Source: an uncultured Gemmatimonadales bacterium (GTDB lineage Bacteria; Gemmatimonadota; Gemmatimonadetes; Gemmatimonadales; GWC2-71-9). From it: DNA of 64,000 bases. Location: contig CAWETL010000005.1 in NCBI GenBank assembly GCA_963812085.1, forward strand, positions 128,779-192,778, read 5' to 3'. The translations under genes and the position numbers were made by a program. Positions 18,564 through 28,915 of this stretch are shown here, piece by piece. How positions within the stretch are numbered: the stretch's first letter is position 1; each line of letters starts with the position of its first letter. Under the pieces are notes generated by a model. It worked only from the letters and a program-made list of their open reading frames with translations, searched no databases and was not told the DNA's origin.

Positions 18564-19478
18564 TCAGTGACGACGAGTGACAATATAGCGCGCGAGCGCA
18601 GCGAGTGCCCCCGATGGTACCCCGGAGCGCTCGAGGGAGTTCACCGCCGCCTCCGCGTGCCCGGCGGCCGCCGCCTGGGCGCCCTCGACCCCCAGCAGCT
18701 GCACGTAGGTGGACTTGGCCACCGCGGCGTCCTTGCCGGCGGTCTTCCCCAGCACCTCGCTCGTGGCCGTCACGTCGAGGACGTCGTCGGCCACCTGGAA
18801 GGCGAGCCCGATTTCCCGGCCGTACTCCCGGATCGCTTCGAGCTGCCAGGCCGCGGCGCCGGCGGACAGCGCTCCGACCGCGCAGGAGGCCTCGATGAGG
18901 GCGCCGGTCTTGCCCCGGTGCACCGCGCGGAGCTCGTCGAGGGTGAGTGTGCGTCCTTCCGCCTCCAGGTCGAGCCACTGGCCTCCGACCATGCCCGTCA
19001 TCCCCCCCGCCGTGAAGAGCTCGATCGCGAGCCGGCCGACCGTGTCCGCGGGAAGGGCCAGCTCGAGGCCGGCCGCGGCCAGCACCCGTGCCGCGACCGG
19101 CACCAGGAGAAAGCCCACCCGCGTGGCCGTCGGGATGTCGAACTCACGGTGGGTGGTCGGACGCCCTCGGCGGAGGTCGTCGTCGTCCATGCAGGGCAGG
19201 TCGTCGTGGACCAGCGAGTAGGTGTGGACCGTCTCGACCGCGGCCGCCACGCCGTCGATGGCCGCCGACGTTCCGCCGCAGGCCCGGTAGGCGGCGATCA
19301 CCAGGGCCGGGCGGACGCGCTTGCCCGGGCTCCGGAGCGCGTATGCCATGGCCCGCCCGGGGTCGCCGGGAAGCGCCGACTCGAGGCGGGCGGCCCAGGC
19401 GGCGAGCAAGGCGTCGGTCCGCTCGCGCGCCTCGTCCAGCAGCGACTCGGCGCCGGGATCAGCCTTCGAAATCGGCAA
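18564..19478 (-). CDS. ispA: polyprenyl (farnesyl/geranylgeranyl) diphosphate synthase
   Basis: Both Asp-rich motifs are present (LVHDDLPCMDDDDLRRG and FQVADDVLD). There is no ATG near the conserved N-terminus; I chose an in-frame TTG at 19478 overlapping the xseB end. The start is uncertain. Confidence 0.85.
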   Translation of the reverse strand: MPISKADPGAESLLDEARERTDALLAAWAARLESALPGDPGRAMAYALRSPGKRVRPALVIAAYRACGGTSAAIDGVAAAVETVHTYSLVHDDLPCMDDDDLRRGRPTTHREFDIPTATRVGFLLVPVAARVLAAAGLELALPADTVGRLAIELFTAGGMTGMVGGQWLDLEAEGRTLTLDELRAVHRGKTGALIEASCAVGALSAGAAAWQLEAIREYGREIGLAFQVADDVLDVTATSEVLGKTAGKDAAVAKSTYVQLLGVEGAQAAAAGHAEAAVNSLERSGVPSGALAALARYIVTRRH

Positions 19479-19695
19479 GTCCCAGCGTCCCGTCGGCCTG
19501 CTCGACGATCTTCTTGACCCGCGCCTCGGCCTCGGCGAGCCGCTCCCGCGCCGCGCGCAGCCGCGCGACACCCTCCTCGAAGAGGGCCAGCGCGGCGTCG
19601 AGGTCGGCGTCCTCCGCCTCGAGGCGTCGCACGATCTCCTCGAGGCGGCGCAGGTCGTCCTGGAGCGTCGGCTGTTCTTGCGGATTTTTCGGCAT
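19459..19695 (-). CDS. xseB: exodeoxyribonuclease VII small subunit
   Basis: 78 aa, LRRLEEIVRRLEAEDADLDAALALFEEGVARLRAARERL, typical of XseB. Confidence 0.85.
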   Translation of the reverse strand: MPKNPQEQPTLQDDLRRLEEIVRRLEAEDADLDAALALFEEGVARLRAARERLAEAEARVKKIVEQADGTLGLADFEG

Positions 19696-19700
19696 GATGG

Positions 19701-20864
19701 CTACTCCACGCGAGCCGGCACGGTGCCGTCGCTCACCCTGAGGCGGAAGGAACTGCCCGGCGGAAAATCCGCGACCCGCTTGAGCACGCGGCCGTCACGG
19801 TCCTGCGCCACCCCATAGCCCCGCGCCAATACCCGGAGCGGACTCAGCGCCTCGAGCTGCGCGGCGCGCCGCTCGACCCGCCCCCGCTGTTCCTCGACGA
19901 GGCGGCCCAGGGCGGCCTGCATCCGGTCGCCGGTGCGGGCCAGACGCTCCTCGGCCACGCGGGTCCGGCGGCGGAGCCCGGCCGCCAGCCGGACCCCGAA
20001 GCCGTCCGCCCGCTCGAGGAGCGTGGCCCGCTCGGGCACCACGAGTTCCGCCGCGGCGGACGGCGTCGCGGCCCGCACGTCGGCGACGAGGTCGGCGAGC
20101 GATACATCGGTTTCGTGCCCGACGGCGGAGATGGTCGGCACCCCGACCGCCGCGAGCGCCCGGCAGACCGCCTCGGTGTTGAACGCGGCCAGATCCTCCT
20201 TGGCGCCGCCGCCGCGCCCGACGATGCAGGCGTCCACGCCCGGAATCCGGTTCACCAGGCCCAGCGCCTTCGCCAGAGAGGCCGCGGCGCCCTCACCCTG
20301 CACCTGCGCTCCGACCACCACCAATTCCACTGCACTCCAGCGCTTCCGGGTCACGATGATGATGTCGCGGAGCGCGGCGCCGTCCGGACTGGTGACCACG
20401 GCGATCCGCCGGGCGAGCGAAGGGAGGGGGCGCTTCCGGGCGGGATCGAAGAGGCCGTCGGCCTGGAGCGCGGCGCGCACCCGCTCGAGTTCCAGCGCCT
20501 TGGCGCCGACCAGCGCCGTGGGGACCAGGTCGGTGGCGGTGAGGCGGTACTCGCCGCGCTCCTCCCACAGCGTGGGGCGGCCGCGGACCAGCACCTCCAT
20601 GCCGTCGCTCGGCAACTGCTCGAGCCGTCGCATGACGGTCAGGGCCTGCTGTTTCCAGAGCACGCACCGGAGGGAGGCGTCGGCGTCGCGGAGGGTGAAA
20701 TACCAGTGGCCGCTTCGCCAGGCCTTGAACTCGACGAGCTCGCCATGGACCCAGATGGACTCGCGAAAGATCCCCTCGACGGCGTTCTTCGCGTGCCGGT
20801 TGACCTGCGCCACCGACCACGCCTCGGGCAGTTCGCCCTCGCCGAAGAGTGTGGGTTGGGTCAA
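19701..20864 (-). CDS. xseA: exodeoxyribonuclease VII large subunit
   Basis: 387 aa: SVAQVNRHAKNAVE...IWVHGELVEFK (OB fold), VVTSPDGAALRDI, GRGGGAKEDLAAFN. Confidence 0.93.
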   Translation of the reverse strand: MTQPTLFGEGELPEAWSVAQVNRHAKNAVEGIFRESIWVHGELVEFKAWRSGHWYFTLRDADASLRCVLWKQQALTVMRRLEQLPSDGMEVLVRGRPTLWEERGEYRLTATDLVPTALVGAKALELERVRAALQADGLFDPARKRPLPSLARRIAVVTSPDGAALRDIIIVTRKRWSAVELVVVGAQVQGEGAAASLAKALGLVNRIPGVDACIVGRGGGAKEDLAAFNTEAVCRALAAVGVPTISAVGHETDVSLADLVADVRAATPSAAAELVVPERATLLERADGFGVRLAAGLRRRTRVAEERLARTGDRMQAALGRLVEEQRGRVERRAAQLEALSPLRVLARGYGVAQDRDGRVLKRVADFPPGSSFRLRVSDGTVPARVE

Positions 20865-20874
20865 GCGGACGGGC

Positions 20875-21762
20875 TCACCCGGCCCGGGAGAGTTCGGCGG
20901 CCTGCAGGGTGTTCTTGAGGAGCATCGCGATGGTCATCGGCCCCACGCCGCCCGGCACCGGCGTGATGGCGGAGGCGATGGCCGCCACCGGTCCGTAGGC
21001 CACGTCGCCGCAGAGCCGGTAGCCCTTTTCCCTGGTGGCGTCGTCCACGCGGTTGATCCCGACGTCGATCACCACGGCCCCGGGGCGCACCATGTCGGCG
21101 GTGACGAACTCCGCCTTCCCGATCGCGGCGATGAGGATATCGGCCTGGCGGGTGATCGAGGGGAGGTCGCGGGTGCGCGAGTGGCAGACGGTCACCGTCG
21201 CGTCTCCGCCCGGGCCCTGCTGGATGAGGAGGTTGGCCATCGGCTTGCCGACGATGTTCGACCGCCCGACGATGACGGCGTGGGCGCCCTTGGTCTCGAT
21301 GCCGGAGCGGATGAGCATCTGCTGCACGCCGTACGGCGTGGCCGGGCGGAAGGCGGTCGGGTCGCCGGTGACGAGCTTGCCGACGTTCTCGGGGTGGAAG
21401 CCGTCCACGTCCTTCCGGGGGTCGATGCGGCGGAGCACCCGGTCGCTGTTCATCCGCTTGGGAAGCGGTAGCTGCACCAGCATGCCGTGGATGGCCGGAT
21501 CGGCGTTGAGCCGGTCGATGGTGGCGAGGAGCTCGGCTTCGGCGGTCTCCACCGGGAGGCGAATCGTGACGGAGTGCATCCCCGCCTCTTCGCAGGCCTT
21601 CCCCTTGCTCCGGACATACACCTGGCTGGCGGGATCCTCACCGACGAGGACCACGGCGAGCCCCGGCTTGATCCCCGCCTGCAGGAGCCGGGCGACGTCC
21701 TGCCCCACTTCCTGGCGGATGGCGCGACCCATGGCGACGCCATCGAGAATGCGAGCGGTCAT
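20875..21762 (-). CDS. folD: bifunctional methylenetetrahydrofolate dehydrogenase/cyclohydrolase
   Basis: Starts at [19 protein letters not shown] inside ORF 20875..23073 (ATGA overlap with the rny stop). Contains [34 protein letters not shown] and [14 protein letters not shown]. Confidence 0.95.
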   Translation of the reverse strand: MTARILDGVAMGRAIRQEVGQDVARLLQAGIKPGLAVVLVGEDPASQVYVRSKGKACEEAGMHSVTIRLPVETAEAELLATIDRLNADPAIHGMLVQLPLPKRMNSDRVLRRIDPRKDVDGFHPENVGKLVTGDPTAFRPATPYGVQQMLIRSGIETKGAHAVIVGRSNIVGKPMANLLIQQGPGGDATVTVCHSRTRDLPSITRQADILIAAIGKAEFVTADMVRPGAVVIDVGINRVDDATREKGYRLCGDVAYGPVAAIASAITPVPGGVGPMTIAMLLKNTLQAAELSRAG

Positions 21763-23438
21763 CGGGCAAAGTCCACGGAGCGGGTTTCGCGAATGACGAC
21801 GACCCGGATCTGGCCCGGGTACTGGAGCTCGTTCTCGATCTTCCGCGCGATCTGCTCGGAGAGCTCCGCGGCCTGCGTGTCGTTCACCTGGTCCGGGGTG
21901 ACGATCACGCGGATTTCGCGGCCGGCCTGGATGACGGCCGTCTTCTCCACGCCCTTGAAAGCGTTGGCGATCTCCTCGAGCTTGGTCAGCCGCTTGACGT
22001 AGCTCTCGAAGGCCTCGCGCCGCGCGCCGGGCCGCGAGCCGCTGATGCCGTCGGCCGCCTGCACCAGCACCGACTCGGTGGACTCGTGGGGCACGTCGTC
22101 GTGGTGCGCGTGGATGCAGTTGATGACCGCGGCGCTCTCCCCGTAGCGCCGCGCCACCTCGACGCCGAGTTCGACGTGGGTCCCCTCGCTGTCGTGCGTC
22201 AGCACCTTGCCCACGTCGTGCAGGAGGGCGCCCCGCTTGGCGAGGTGCACGTCCACGCCGAGCTCCGCCGCCATGATGCCCGCCAGCCAGGCCACTTCCT
22301 TGGAATGCTCGAGGATGTTCTGGCCGTAGGAGGTGCGGTACTTCATCCGTCCGATGAGCTTGATGAGCTCCGGGTGCAGCCCGTGGATGCCGGTGTCGAA
22401 GGCGGCCCGCTCGCCGAGCTCCACCAGCTGGGTGTCGAGTTCCGCGCGCACCTTCACCACCACGTCCTCGATCCGCCCGGGCTGGATCCGCCCGTCGGCG
22501 ATGAGCGCCTCCAGCGCGCGGCGTCCCACTTCCCGGCGAATCGGGTCGAAACAGGAGATCACCACGGTGTCGGGCGTGTCGTCGATGATGACGTCCACCC
22601 CGGTGGCGAGCTCGAACGCGCGGATGTTCCGCCCCTCCCGCCCGATGATCCGTCCCTTCATCTCGTCCGAGGGCAGGGTGACCGCCGCCACGGTGCTCTC
22701 GGCCGTCTGGTCCGGCGCGATCCGCTGGATGGCGATGGCCACGATGCGCTGGGCATCCCGCTCGGCGCTCTTCCGCGCCTGCTCCTTGATGTCCCGGATG
22801 AGGGCCGCCGCCTCGCTCCGCGCGGTGTCCTCCGCCCGCTGCAGCAGCTCGCGCCGCGCCTCGTCGGCCGTGAGCCCGGCGATCTGCTCCAGCCGGCGCT
22901 CCTGCTCGGCCCGGAGCGTCGCCACCTCCGCCTCGCGCGCCGAGAGCGCCTGCTCCCGGGTCGCGTAGCCCACGTCCCGCGTCTGCAGCGCCACTTCGAG
23001 CGCGGTGAGCTGCTCCTGGCGGCGGTCGAAGGCCCGCTCCCGCTCCTCGGCCCGCCGGTCCAGCCGCGCCCATTCCTCCCGGCGGCTCTGGGTTTCGCGG
23101 TCGATTTCCTCCCGGAGGGCGAGCGTCTCCTTCTTGCCGGCCAGGACGGCGTCGGCCCGGGCGTTCTCGGCCACGCGCTGGGCGTCCGCGGTGATCCGCT
23201 CCGCGGCGCGCTTCGCGTCCGCCTGCTGCCGCTCGAGGTCGGCTTGGGCCGATCGCACCAGCTGCTCGGCGTCCGCCTTGGCGGTGCGCGCGAGCGTGGC
23301 GGCCTCGGCCTGGGCGGCCACGACGACGTCCCGGCCGCTGGCGCGGCGGCGGAAGTGGAGGAGGAGACTGACGACGAGGGTGACGGCGAAACCTGCGAAC
23401 GCACCCCCCAGGACGGGGAGCAGCGGCATGTCAGGCAT
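21759..23438 (-). CDS. rny: ribonuclease Y
   Basis: N-terminal TM helix, coiled coil, KH domain ([15 protein letters not shown]) and HD domain (LLHDVGK...HH). Confidence 0.93.
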   Translation of the reverse strand: MPDMPLLPVLGGAFAGFAVTLVVSLLLHFRRRASGRDVVVAAQAEAATLARTAKADAEQLVRSAQADLERQQADAKRAAERITADAQRVAENARADAVLAGKKETLALREEIDRETQSRREEWARLDRRAEERERAFDRRQEQLTALEVALQTRDVGYATREQALSAREAEVATLRAEQERRLEQIAGLTADEARRELLQRAEDTARSEAAALIRDIKEQARKSAERDAQRIVAIAIQRIAPDQTAESTVAAVTLPSDEMKGRIIGREGRNIRAFELATGVDVIIDDTPDTVVISCFDPIRREVGRRALEALIADGRIQPGRIEDVVVKVRAELDTQLVELGERAAFDTGIHGLHPELIKLIGRMKYRTSYGQNILEHSKEVAWLAGIMAAELGVDVHLAKRGALLHDVGKVLTHDSEGTHVELGVEVARRYGESAAVINCIHAHHDDVPHESTESVLVQAADGISGSRPGARREAFESYVKRLTKLEEIANAFKGVEKTAVIQAGREIRVIVTPDQVNDTQAAELSEQIARKIENELQYPGQIRVVVIRETRSVDFAR

Positions 23439-23480
23439 GAAGTATCTCCAGCACGGCGATCACTCCGCCGGGCGTTGGTT

Positions 23481-23807
23481 TCAGTCGGCCGGGGCGGGGA
23501 TCCCGGCGGCGCGCCCGCCGCGCTTGTTCGGCGGCAGGAGGCGAGCCACATCGTCCAGCAACGCGGTGATCCGCGCGGCGCCGTCGCGATCGCCGCGGCG
23601 GGCCTGGTACAGCTCATCGGTGATCTGCAGCGCGGCGAGGATCGCCGCCTTGTGCGTTTCCATGCTCGGCATGGTGGCCTTCACGTGCCGGAGCGCCGCG
23701 TCCACGTACGCCGCGACTTCCCGCGTGTACTCGGGCGGGAGCTCGGAGCGCACGGTGAAGCTCTCCCCGGCGATGAACACCTGGACGGCGTTCTTCGCGG
23801 TGCTCAC
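23481..23807 (-). CDS. zapA: cell division protein ZapA-like
   Basis: A GTG start (GTGA overlap with the upstream stop) gives VSTAKNAVQVFIAGESFTVRSELPPEYTREVAAYVDAALRHV, a ZapA-like pattern. Located downstream of pheT, as in several phyla. Confidence 0.7.
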   Translation of the reverse strand: MSTAKNAVQVFIAGESFTVRSELPPEYTREVAAYVDAALRHVKATMPSMETHKAAILAALQITDELYQARRGDRDGAARITALLDDVARLLPPNKRGGRAAGIPAPAD

Positions 23808-24109
23808 GCCGCCCCCTCTTCCGTCTCGAGGAAGGCCAGCCGGGACGAGAGCGCCTGCAACCGCTCGCGCGCCGACTCGATGCGGGCGCGGAGCGCCTGG
23901 TTCTCGACCTCGAGCTCGATGACCCGCTGCCGCGCCTGGAGGAGTTCGGGGCCGGCCAGCACGCCCCCGCGGGAGCGTGCCTCCTGCAGTTCCGACTCCG
24001 CCTTCAGGGTGCGGCGGCGCCATCCCGACACTTCCTCCCCCAGGTGCCGGAGCAACTGCTCCAGCTCCGCGAGGGCGGCGTGGTCAGGACGCTCGTAGTT
24101 CGATGCCAT
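23804..24109 (-). CDS. hypothetical coiled-coil protein (ZapB/DUF904-like)
   Basis: 101 aa from MASNYERPDHAALAELEQLLRHL, with a heptad-rich Leu/Glu/Arg sequence. The assignment is weak. Confidence 0.5.
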   Translation of the reverse strand: MASNYERPDHAALAELEQLLRHLGEEVSGWRRRTLKAESELQEARSRGGVLAGPELLQARQRVIELEVENQALRARIESARERLQALSSRLAFLETEEGAA

Positions 24110-26459
24110 GCTGCTCCCGCAGTGCGGTGAGAACCTTGGCGACCGAGGCATCCACTTCCTGGTCGCGCAGCGTCCGGTCAGGCGCCCGGTACCGAAGGCG
24201 GAACGTCAGGCTGCGATGTCCCGGGGGAAGCCCGCCGCCCCGGTACTCGTCGAGCAGATCCACCGCCTCGAGGAGCCGTCCCGCCGATTTCACGATCGCG
24301 TCGGATAGCGCCGCTCCCGACACGCCGCCGGGCACCACGAGCGCCACGTCCCGCGCGACGGCGGGATTCGCCGGGAGCGACTTGAACGAGGGCGCGGTGC
24401 GCGGCGACGGGTCGATCAGCATCTCAAACCCGAAACAGGGCCCAGCCCACGGCGGCGCATCGCCCCTGACCGGCCCGGCGCGCCCAACTTCACGGCCGTC
24501 CGCTGCACGGGCAACCCAATCGCCCCCTTCAACTTGCACCACCGCCCCGGGTTGCGCCAGAGCCGCCGCCGCCTCCAGCAGGGCCCGCAGGTCCCAGAGG
24601 TCCACGTCCGCCGGCTTGCTGGCGGTACTCCAGTGCGCGGGCTCCCGGGCGCCGGTCATGACGCCGGCCACCCGGTGCTCCTCGATCGGCGGCTCCCCTG
24701 CCCCGGCGCGCCGGAAGACGGTGCCGATCTCGAAGAGCCGGACGTCGCGGGTATGGACCGCCCAGTTGGCCTCCACCCGCCGGATCAGCCCGGGCAAGAG
24801 CCGGGTCCGGAGGAACGCCTCTTCCGCCGAGAGCGGATTGAGCAGGCGGACACTCTCCGGGCCTTCCGCCGGGCCGAGGGGAATCGTCTGGACCTCGAAG
24901 AGTCCCTGGGCCACCAGCCCGCGCCGCACCGCCGCATCGACGGCCTCGGACGGGGCGCTCGCCAGTTCGCCGACCCGGAACGGGCGAAGTTCCGTCGGGA
25001 AGTTGTCATAGCCGTGCAGCCTGGCGATTTCCTCGATCAGGTCGATCTCCGCCACCAGGTCGGGCCGCCACCCCGGGACGTCCACCGCGATGCGGCCGTC
25101 GTCCGGCTTCGAGACGACCGTGGCGCCGATGGCCACCAGGTAGCGCTCGATGGCGTCCCACGGGACCTCGACACCGAGCACGCGGGTCACCCGGGCGGGG
25201 CGGAGGAAGATGCGCGGCGGGTGCGTCGCCTGGGGGAAGAGGTCCACCGGCGTTCCGTCGAGCGTGCCGCCCGCGGTGGCCTGGATGATCTCCACGCACC
25301 GACGGAGCACCTCCGGTCCGTTCCACAGGTCCACGCCACGCTCGAACCGGTAGCTGGCCTCGCTGCTGAGCCCGAGCACGCGCCGCGTGGCGCGGATGCC
25401 TTTCGGGGCGAACCAGGCGCACTCGAGGAACAGGTCGGTGGTCTCGGCCGATACCTCCGAGTGCGAACCGCCCATCACGCCCGCGACGCCGATGGCGGCG
25501 CCGCCGTCCGCGATCACGAGCATCGATTCGGCGAGCGGGCGATCGGCGCCATCGAGGGTCACCAGACGCTCTCCCGGCCGGGCGCGCCGGGCGACGACCG
25601 CGGAACCGGCCAGCCGCGATACGTCGTAGGCGTGCATCGGCTGGTTGAGCTCGAACATGACGTAGTTGGTGGCGTCCACCACGTTGTTGATCGAGCGCAT
25701 GCCGATCGCTTCGACCCGTTCCCGGAGCCAGGCGGGGGAAGGACCGACGCGCACGCCGCGCAGCACCGCACCGAGGAAGCGCGGGCAGCCTTCGGCGTCC
25801 TCGATCGCCACGCGGACGCCGCCGGTGACGCCCTCCGCCCCCGCGCGTACGGGCGACGGCATGTCGGAGCCCGCGGAACCCGGCACCGCCGGCAGGCGGA
25901 AGGTGCTCCCGAACGAGAACGCCAGCTCCCGCGCCAGGCCCTTGTGCCCCAGCAGGTCGGGGCGGTTCGGCGTGACGTCCACGATCAGCCGTTCGTCGGC
26001 CACGGGAACGGCCTCGAGGAACGGCGTGCCGGGCGCGGCCTCGGTGGCGAGTTCCATGATGCCGTCGTGCTCCTGGCCGAGCCCGAGCTCGCGCGCCGAG
26101 CAGAGCATCCCTTCGGAGACTTCGCCGCGGATCTTTCGCTTCTCGAGCGTCAGGCCGCCCGGCAGCGTGGATCCCACCGGCGCGAAGGGGTACTTGCGGC
26201 CCGCCGTCACGTTCGGCGCGCCGCACACCACGTGGCGCGCGGTGCCGCTGCCGTCGTCGACGTCGCAGAGGCGGAGCCGGTCGGCGTTGGGATGCGGACG
26301 CACGTCGCGGACGAGGGCCACCACCACCTGCTCGAGCCCCGGGTGCAGCGGCTCGATGGCATCGACGGCCGCGCCGAGGGCCGCCAGGCGGCGGGCCACG
26401 TCCTGCGCGTCCAGCGGGCGGCGCAGGAACGCCTCGAGCCAGCGGCGGGAGACGTTCAC
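24084..26459 (-). CDS. pheT: phenylalanine--tRNA ligase beta subunit
   Basis: GTG start (GTGA overlap with the pheS stop): VNVSRRWLEAFLRRPLD. Contains tRNA-binding, B3/4, B5 and FDX-ACB regions. Confidence 0.95.
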   Translation of the reverse strand: MNVSRRWLEAFLRRPLDAQDVARRLAALGAAVDAIEPLHPGLEQVVVALVRDVRPHPNADRLRLCDVDDGSGTARHVVCGAPNVTAGRKYPFAPVGSTLPGGLTLEKRKIRGEVSEGMLCSARELGLGQEHDGIMELATEAAPGTPFLEAVPVADERLIVDVTPNRPDLLGHKGLARELAFSFGSTFRLPAVPGSAGSDMPSPVRAGAEGVTGGVRVAIEDAEGCPRFLGAVLRGVRVGPSPAWLRERVEAIGMRSINNVVDATNYVMFELNQPMHAYDVSRLAGSAVVARRARPGERLVTLDGADRPLAESMLVIADGGAAIGVAGVMGGSHSEVSAETTDLFLECAWFAPKGIRATRRVLGLSSEASYRFERGVDLWNGPEVLRRCVEIIQATAGGTLDGTPVDLFPQATHPPRIFLRPARVTRVLGVEVPWDAIERYLVAIGATVVSKPDDGRIAVDVPGWRPDLVAEIDLIEEIARLHGYDNFPTELRPFRVGELASAPSEAVDAAVRRGLVAQGLFEVQTIPLGPAEGPESVRLLNPLSAEEAFLRTRLLPGLIRRVEANWAVHTRDVRLFEIGTVFRRAGAGEPPIEEHRVAGVMTGAREPAHWSTASKPADVDLWDLRALLEAAAALAQPGAVVQVEGGDWVARAADGREVGRAGPVRGDAPPWAGPCFGFEMLIDPSPRTAPSFKSLPANPAVARDVALVVPGGVSGAALSDAIVKSAGRLLEAVDLLDEYRGGGLPPGHRSLTFRLRYRAPDRTLRDQEVDASVAKVLTALREQHGIELRAS

Positions 26460-27523
26460 CGTCCGCCCCCGAGCTGGCCCAGGAACCGCATGTCGCCCTC
26501 GAAGAGGAGGCGGATGTCGGGGATGCCGTAGCGCTGCATCGCGATCCGCTGCGGCCCCATGCCGAAGGCGAAGCCGGTGTAGCGCTCGGCGTCCACGCCG
26601 CAGTTCTCCAGCACGGAGGGATGCACCATCCCGCAGCCGAGGATTTCCATCCAGCCGGTGCCCTTGCAGGCGGGACAGCCGCTCCCGCCGCAGAGGTAGC
26701 AGGAGACGTCCATCTCGGCCGACGGCTCGGTGAACGGGAAGAACGACGGGCGGAACCGCACCTTGGTGCTGGCGGAGAAGAACTGCCGCGCGAAGTGCAG
26801 CAGCGTGCCCTTCAGGTCCACGAAGGAGATGCCCTCGTCCACCGCCAGCCCCTCGACCTGCCAGAACACGGGAGCGTGCGAGGGATCGAAGGTGTCCTTG
26901 CGGTACACGACGCCGGGAATCACGACCCGGATCGGCGGCGGGCCCGCCATCATGGTGCGCACCTGCACCGGCGAGGTGTGCGTGCGGAGCAGCACGGCCT
27001 TGCCGTCCCCCGGCCGGGCGCCGCCGCCCACGTCGAGGTAGAAGGTGTCGTGCATGTCCATCGCGGGATGATCGGCCGGGAAGTTGAGCGCGCCGAAGTT
27101 GGCCCATTCGGTCTCCGCCTCGGGACCGATGGCGCGGTTGAAGCCCAGGCCGTGGAAGATCTCGCAGATCTCCTCGACCACGCGGGTGGCGGGGTGCTCG
27201 GCGCCCACCCAGCGGCGGCGGCCCGGCATCGTGAGGTCGAGCCCCGCCGCGGCGTGCGTCGCCGCCGCCCCCGCGAGCGCGGCCTTCCGCGCCTCGAACG
27301 CCGCCTCGAACGCCTGTCGCAGCTCGTTGGCGGCGCCGCCGATGACGCGCTTGTCCTCGGGCGGGAGCGCGGCGAGCGAGCGCAGCAGCGCCGTCAGGGC
27401 GCCGCTCTTCCGGCCCAGCACGGCGATCTGCTCGGCCTCGAGCGCGTCGGCGTCGAGCGACGGCACCGCCGCCAGGCGGGGACGCAGGGCGTCGAGCAGC
27501 GACTGGGGATGGGACTCGGCCAT
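26456..27523 (-). CDS. pheS: phenylalanine--tRNA ligase alpha subunit
   Basis: Starts at MAESHPQSLLDAL (residue 50 of the ORF). Contains FRPSFFPFTEPSAEMDV and GCGMVHP class II motifs. Confidence 0.95.
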   Translation of the reverse strand: MAESHPQSLLDALRPRLAAVPSLDADALEAEQIAVLGRKSGALTALLRSLAALPPEDKRVIGGAANELRQAFEAAFEARKAALAGAAATHAAAGLDLTMPGRRRWVGAEHPATRVVEEICEIFHGLGFNRAIGPEAETEWANFGALNFPADHPAMDMHDTFYLDVGGGARPGDGKAVLLRTHTSPVQVRTMMAGPPPIRVVIPGVVYRKDTFDPSHAPVFWQVEGLAVDEGISFVDLKGTLLHFARQFFSASTKVRFRPSFFPFTEPSAEMDVSCYLCGGSGCPACKGTGWMEILGCGMVHPSVLENCGVDAERYTGFAFGMGPQRIAMQRYGIPDIRLLFEGDMRFLGQLGGGR

Positions 27524-27617
27524 CACGGATCCGGCGGTGACGGGGATGAAAACGGCCGTGGGGCCGGCCGCGCATGGCGACCGGCCCCACGCGCGACCGT
27601 TCCCGGGAACGGAGGTG

Positions 27618-27971
27618 CTACTTGGCGGCCTTCGCCACCTCGGCGATCGCGGCGAACGCGTCGGGCTCACGGACCGCGAGGTCGGCGAGCACCTTGCGGT
27701 TGACCTCGACGCCGGCGCGCTTGAGCGCGTCCATCAGGCGGCTGTAGCTGAGGCCGTGCTGACGGGCCGCCGCGTTGATCCGCGTGATCCACAGGGCGCG
27801 GAACTCGCTCTTCTTCTTGCGCCGGTCGCGGTAGGCGTACGCCAGGCCGCGCTCGACGTTTTCCTTGGCGGCCTTGTACAGCTTGCTGCGGGACTGGAAG
27901 CCGCCCTTGGCGGCCTTCATGATCTTCTTCTTCCGGGCGTGGTGGGCGACGCCGTTCTTTACGCGAGGCAT
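27618..27971 (-). CDS. rplT: 50S ribosomal protein L20
   Basis: [25 protein letters not shown]...[22 protein letters not shown]. Confidence 0.97.
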   Translation of the reverse strand: MPRVKNGVAHHARKKKIMKAAKGGFQSRSKLYKAAKENVERGLAYAYRDRRKKKSEFRALWITRINAAARQHGLSYSRLMDALKRAGVEVNRKVLADLAVREPDAFAAIAEVAKAAK

Positions 27972-27981
27972 GGTGGCTCCC

Positions 27982-28176
27982 TTACGCCTGGAGGAGGCGG
28001 CTGACGCGCCTGAAGTCGGCCGAACTGACGTACGCGACCTTCTTCAGCTTGTTCTTCCGCTTCCGGCTCTTCTTGGTCAGAATGTGGCTGTGATTGGCGT
28101 GGAAGCGCTTGAGCTTCCCCGACCCGGTCTTCTTGAACCGCTTCATGGCGGCCCGCTTCGTCTTCATCTTCGGCAT
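27982..28176 (-). CDS. rpmI: 50S ribosomal protein L35
   Basis: [36 protein letters not shown]. Confidence 0.95.
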   Translation of the reverse strand: MPKMKTKRAAMKRFKKTGSGKLKRFHANHSHILTKKSRKRKNKLKKVAYVSSADFRRVSRLLQA

Positions 28177-28232
28177 GGCGATGTGCCTTTCGCGTCTCGC
28201 GCCCGCCGCGGCGGGCGCACCTTGGAGCGCCG

Positions 28233-28751
28233 TTACTTGGGCGCGATGACCAGCGTCATGTTGCGACCTTCGAGCTTCGCGTCCATCTCGACCTTGCCGA
28301 CGTCCGCCAGGGCGGCGATGACCCGGTCGAGCACGGCGCGGCCCAGGTCGATGTGGGCCAGCTGCCGGCCACGGAACATCAGCGTCACCTTCACCTTGTT
28401 GCCCTCGCCCAGGAACTCCCGGGCGTGGCGGGTCTTGAAGTCGAAATCGTGATCGTCGATGCCCGGACGATACTTCACTTCCTTGAGCTGGATGACGTGC
28501 TGCTTCTTCTTGGCCGCGCGCGCCGCCTTGGCCTCTTCGAACTTGAACTTCCCGTAGTCCATGATCTTGACGACCGGGGGACGCGCCGTCGGCGCCACTT
28601 CCACCAGGTCCAGCCCCCGATCCTGGGCCGCCGCGAGTGCCTCCTCGATGGGAAGGACTCCGAGCTGCTCGCCCTCTGCCGTGATGACCCGTACGGGGCT
28701 GATGCGGATCTGGCGGTTGACGCGTACGCGCTTGTCGCGGTCAGTGGACAG
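28233..28751 (-). CDS. infC: translation initiation factor IF-3 (probable non-canonical CTG start)
   Basis: [45 protein letters not shown]...[15 protein letters not shown]. The only ATG (28859) adds about 36 non-conserved residues. An in-frame CTG at 28751 sits 7 nt after a GGAGG (28759-28763). Confidence 0.88.
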   Translation of the reverse strand: MSTDRDKRVRVNRQIRISPVRVITAEGEQLGVLPIEEALAAAQDRGLDLVEVAPTARPPVVKIMDYGKFKFEEAKAARAAKKKQHVIQLKEVKYRPGIDDHDFDFKTRHAREFLGEGNKVKVTLMFRGRQLAHIDLGRAVLDRVIAALADVGKVEMDAKLEGRNMTLVIAPK

Positions 28752-28765
28752 TGGAACGCCTCCAG

Positions 28766-28804
28766 ACAAAAAAGAAAAAGGACATCCTGAGACGACGGAT
28801 GTCC
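28766..28804 (-). terminator. intrinsic terminator / attenuator hairpin immediately upstream of infC
   Basis: Minus-strand RNA reads GGACAUCC-GUCGUCUCA-GGAUGUCC followed by UUUUUCUUUUUUG, an unusually T-rich run for this genome. It ends 3 nt before the infC SD. Confidence 0.6.
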
Positions 28805-28915
28805 ACGCGCGCCCCGGCGGGAGTTTCCCGGCCTGCAGGCGACCTCGGGACCCGTTCACTCCGGCATCCTGCCGGGCTCAGGGTGGGGGGATCTACCCCC
28901 GCTTCAAGTGCGACA

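Noticed and set aside
18547-18978. N-terminal extensions of track ORFs. Examples: dxs 18547-18978, folD 21763-23073, pheT 26460-27590, obg 51288-52097, hrcA 47989-48408, rpsU 43844-44581, prmA 45822-46508.
   Set aside because: The extensions are Arg/Pro/Gly-rich, overlap the upstream gene in another frame, and the conserved family N-terminus begins at an internal ATG or GTG that abuts or overlaps the upstream stop.
22086-24098. 670-aa plus-strand ORF opposite rny, zapA and the coiled-coil gene.
   Set aside because: Antisense shadow ORF spanning three real genes.
27558-27590. GC-rich hairpin GTGGGGCCGG-N13-CCGGCCCCAC between rplT and pheS, as a possible attenuator or terminator.
   Set aside because: On the transcribed strand the stem is followed by GGCCGUUUUCAU, so the U-run is short and 5 nt away. 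There is no leader peptide or T-box features that I can recognise. Too weak to call without folding or energy calculations.
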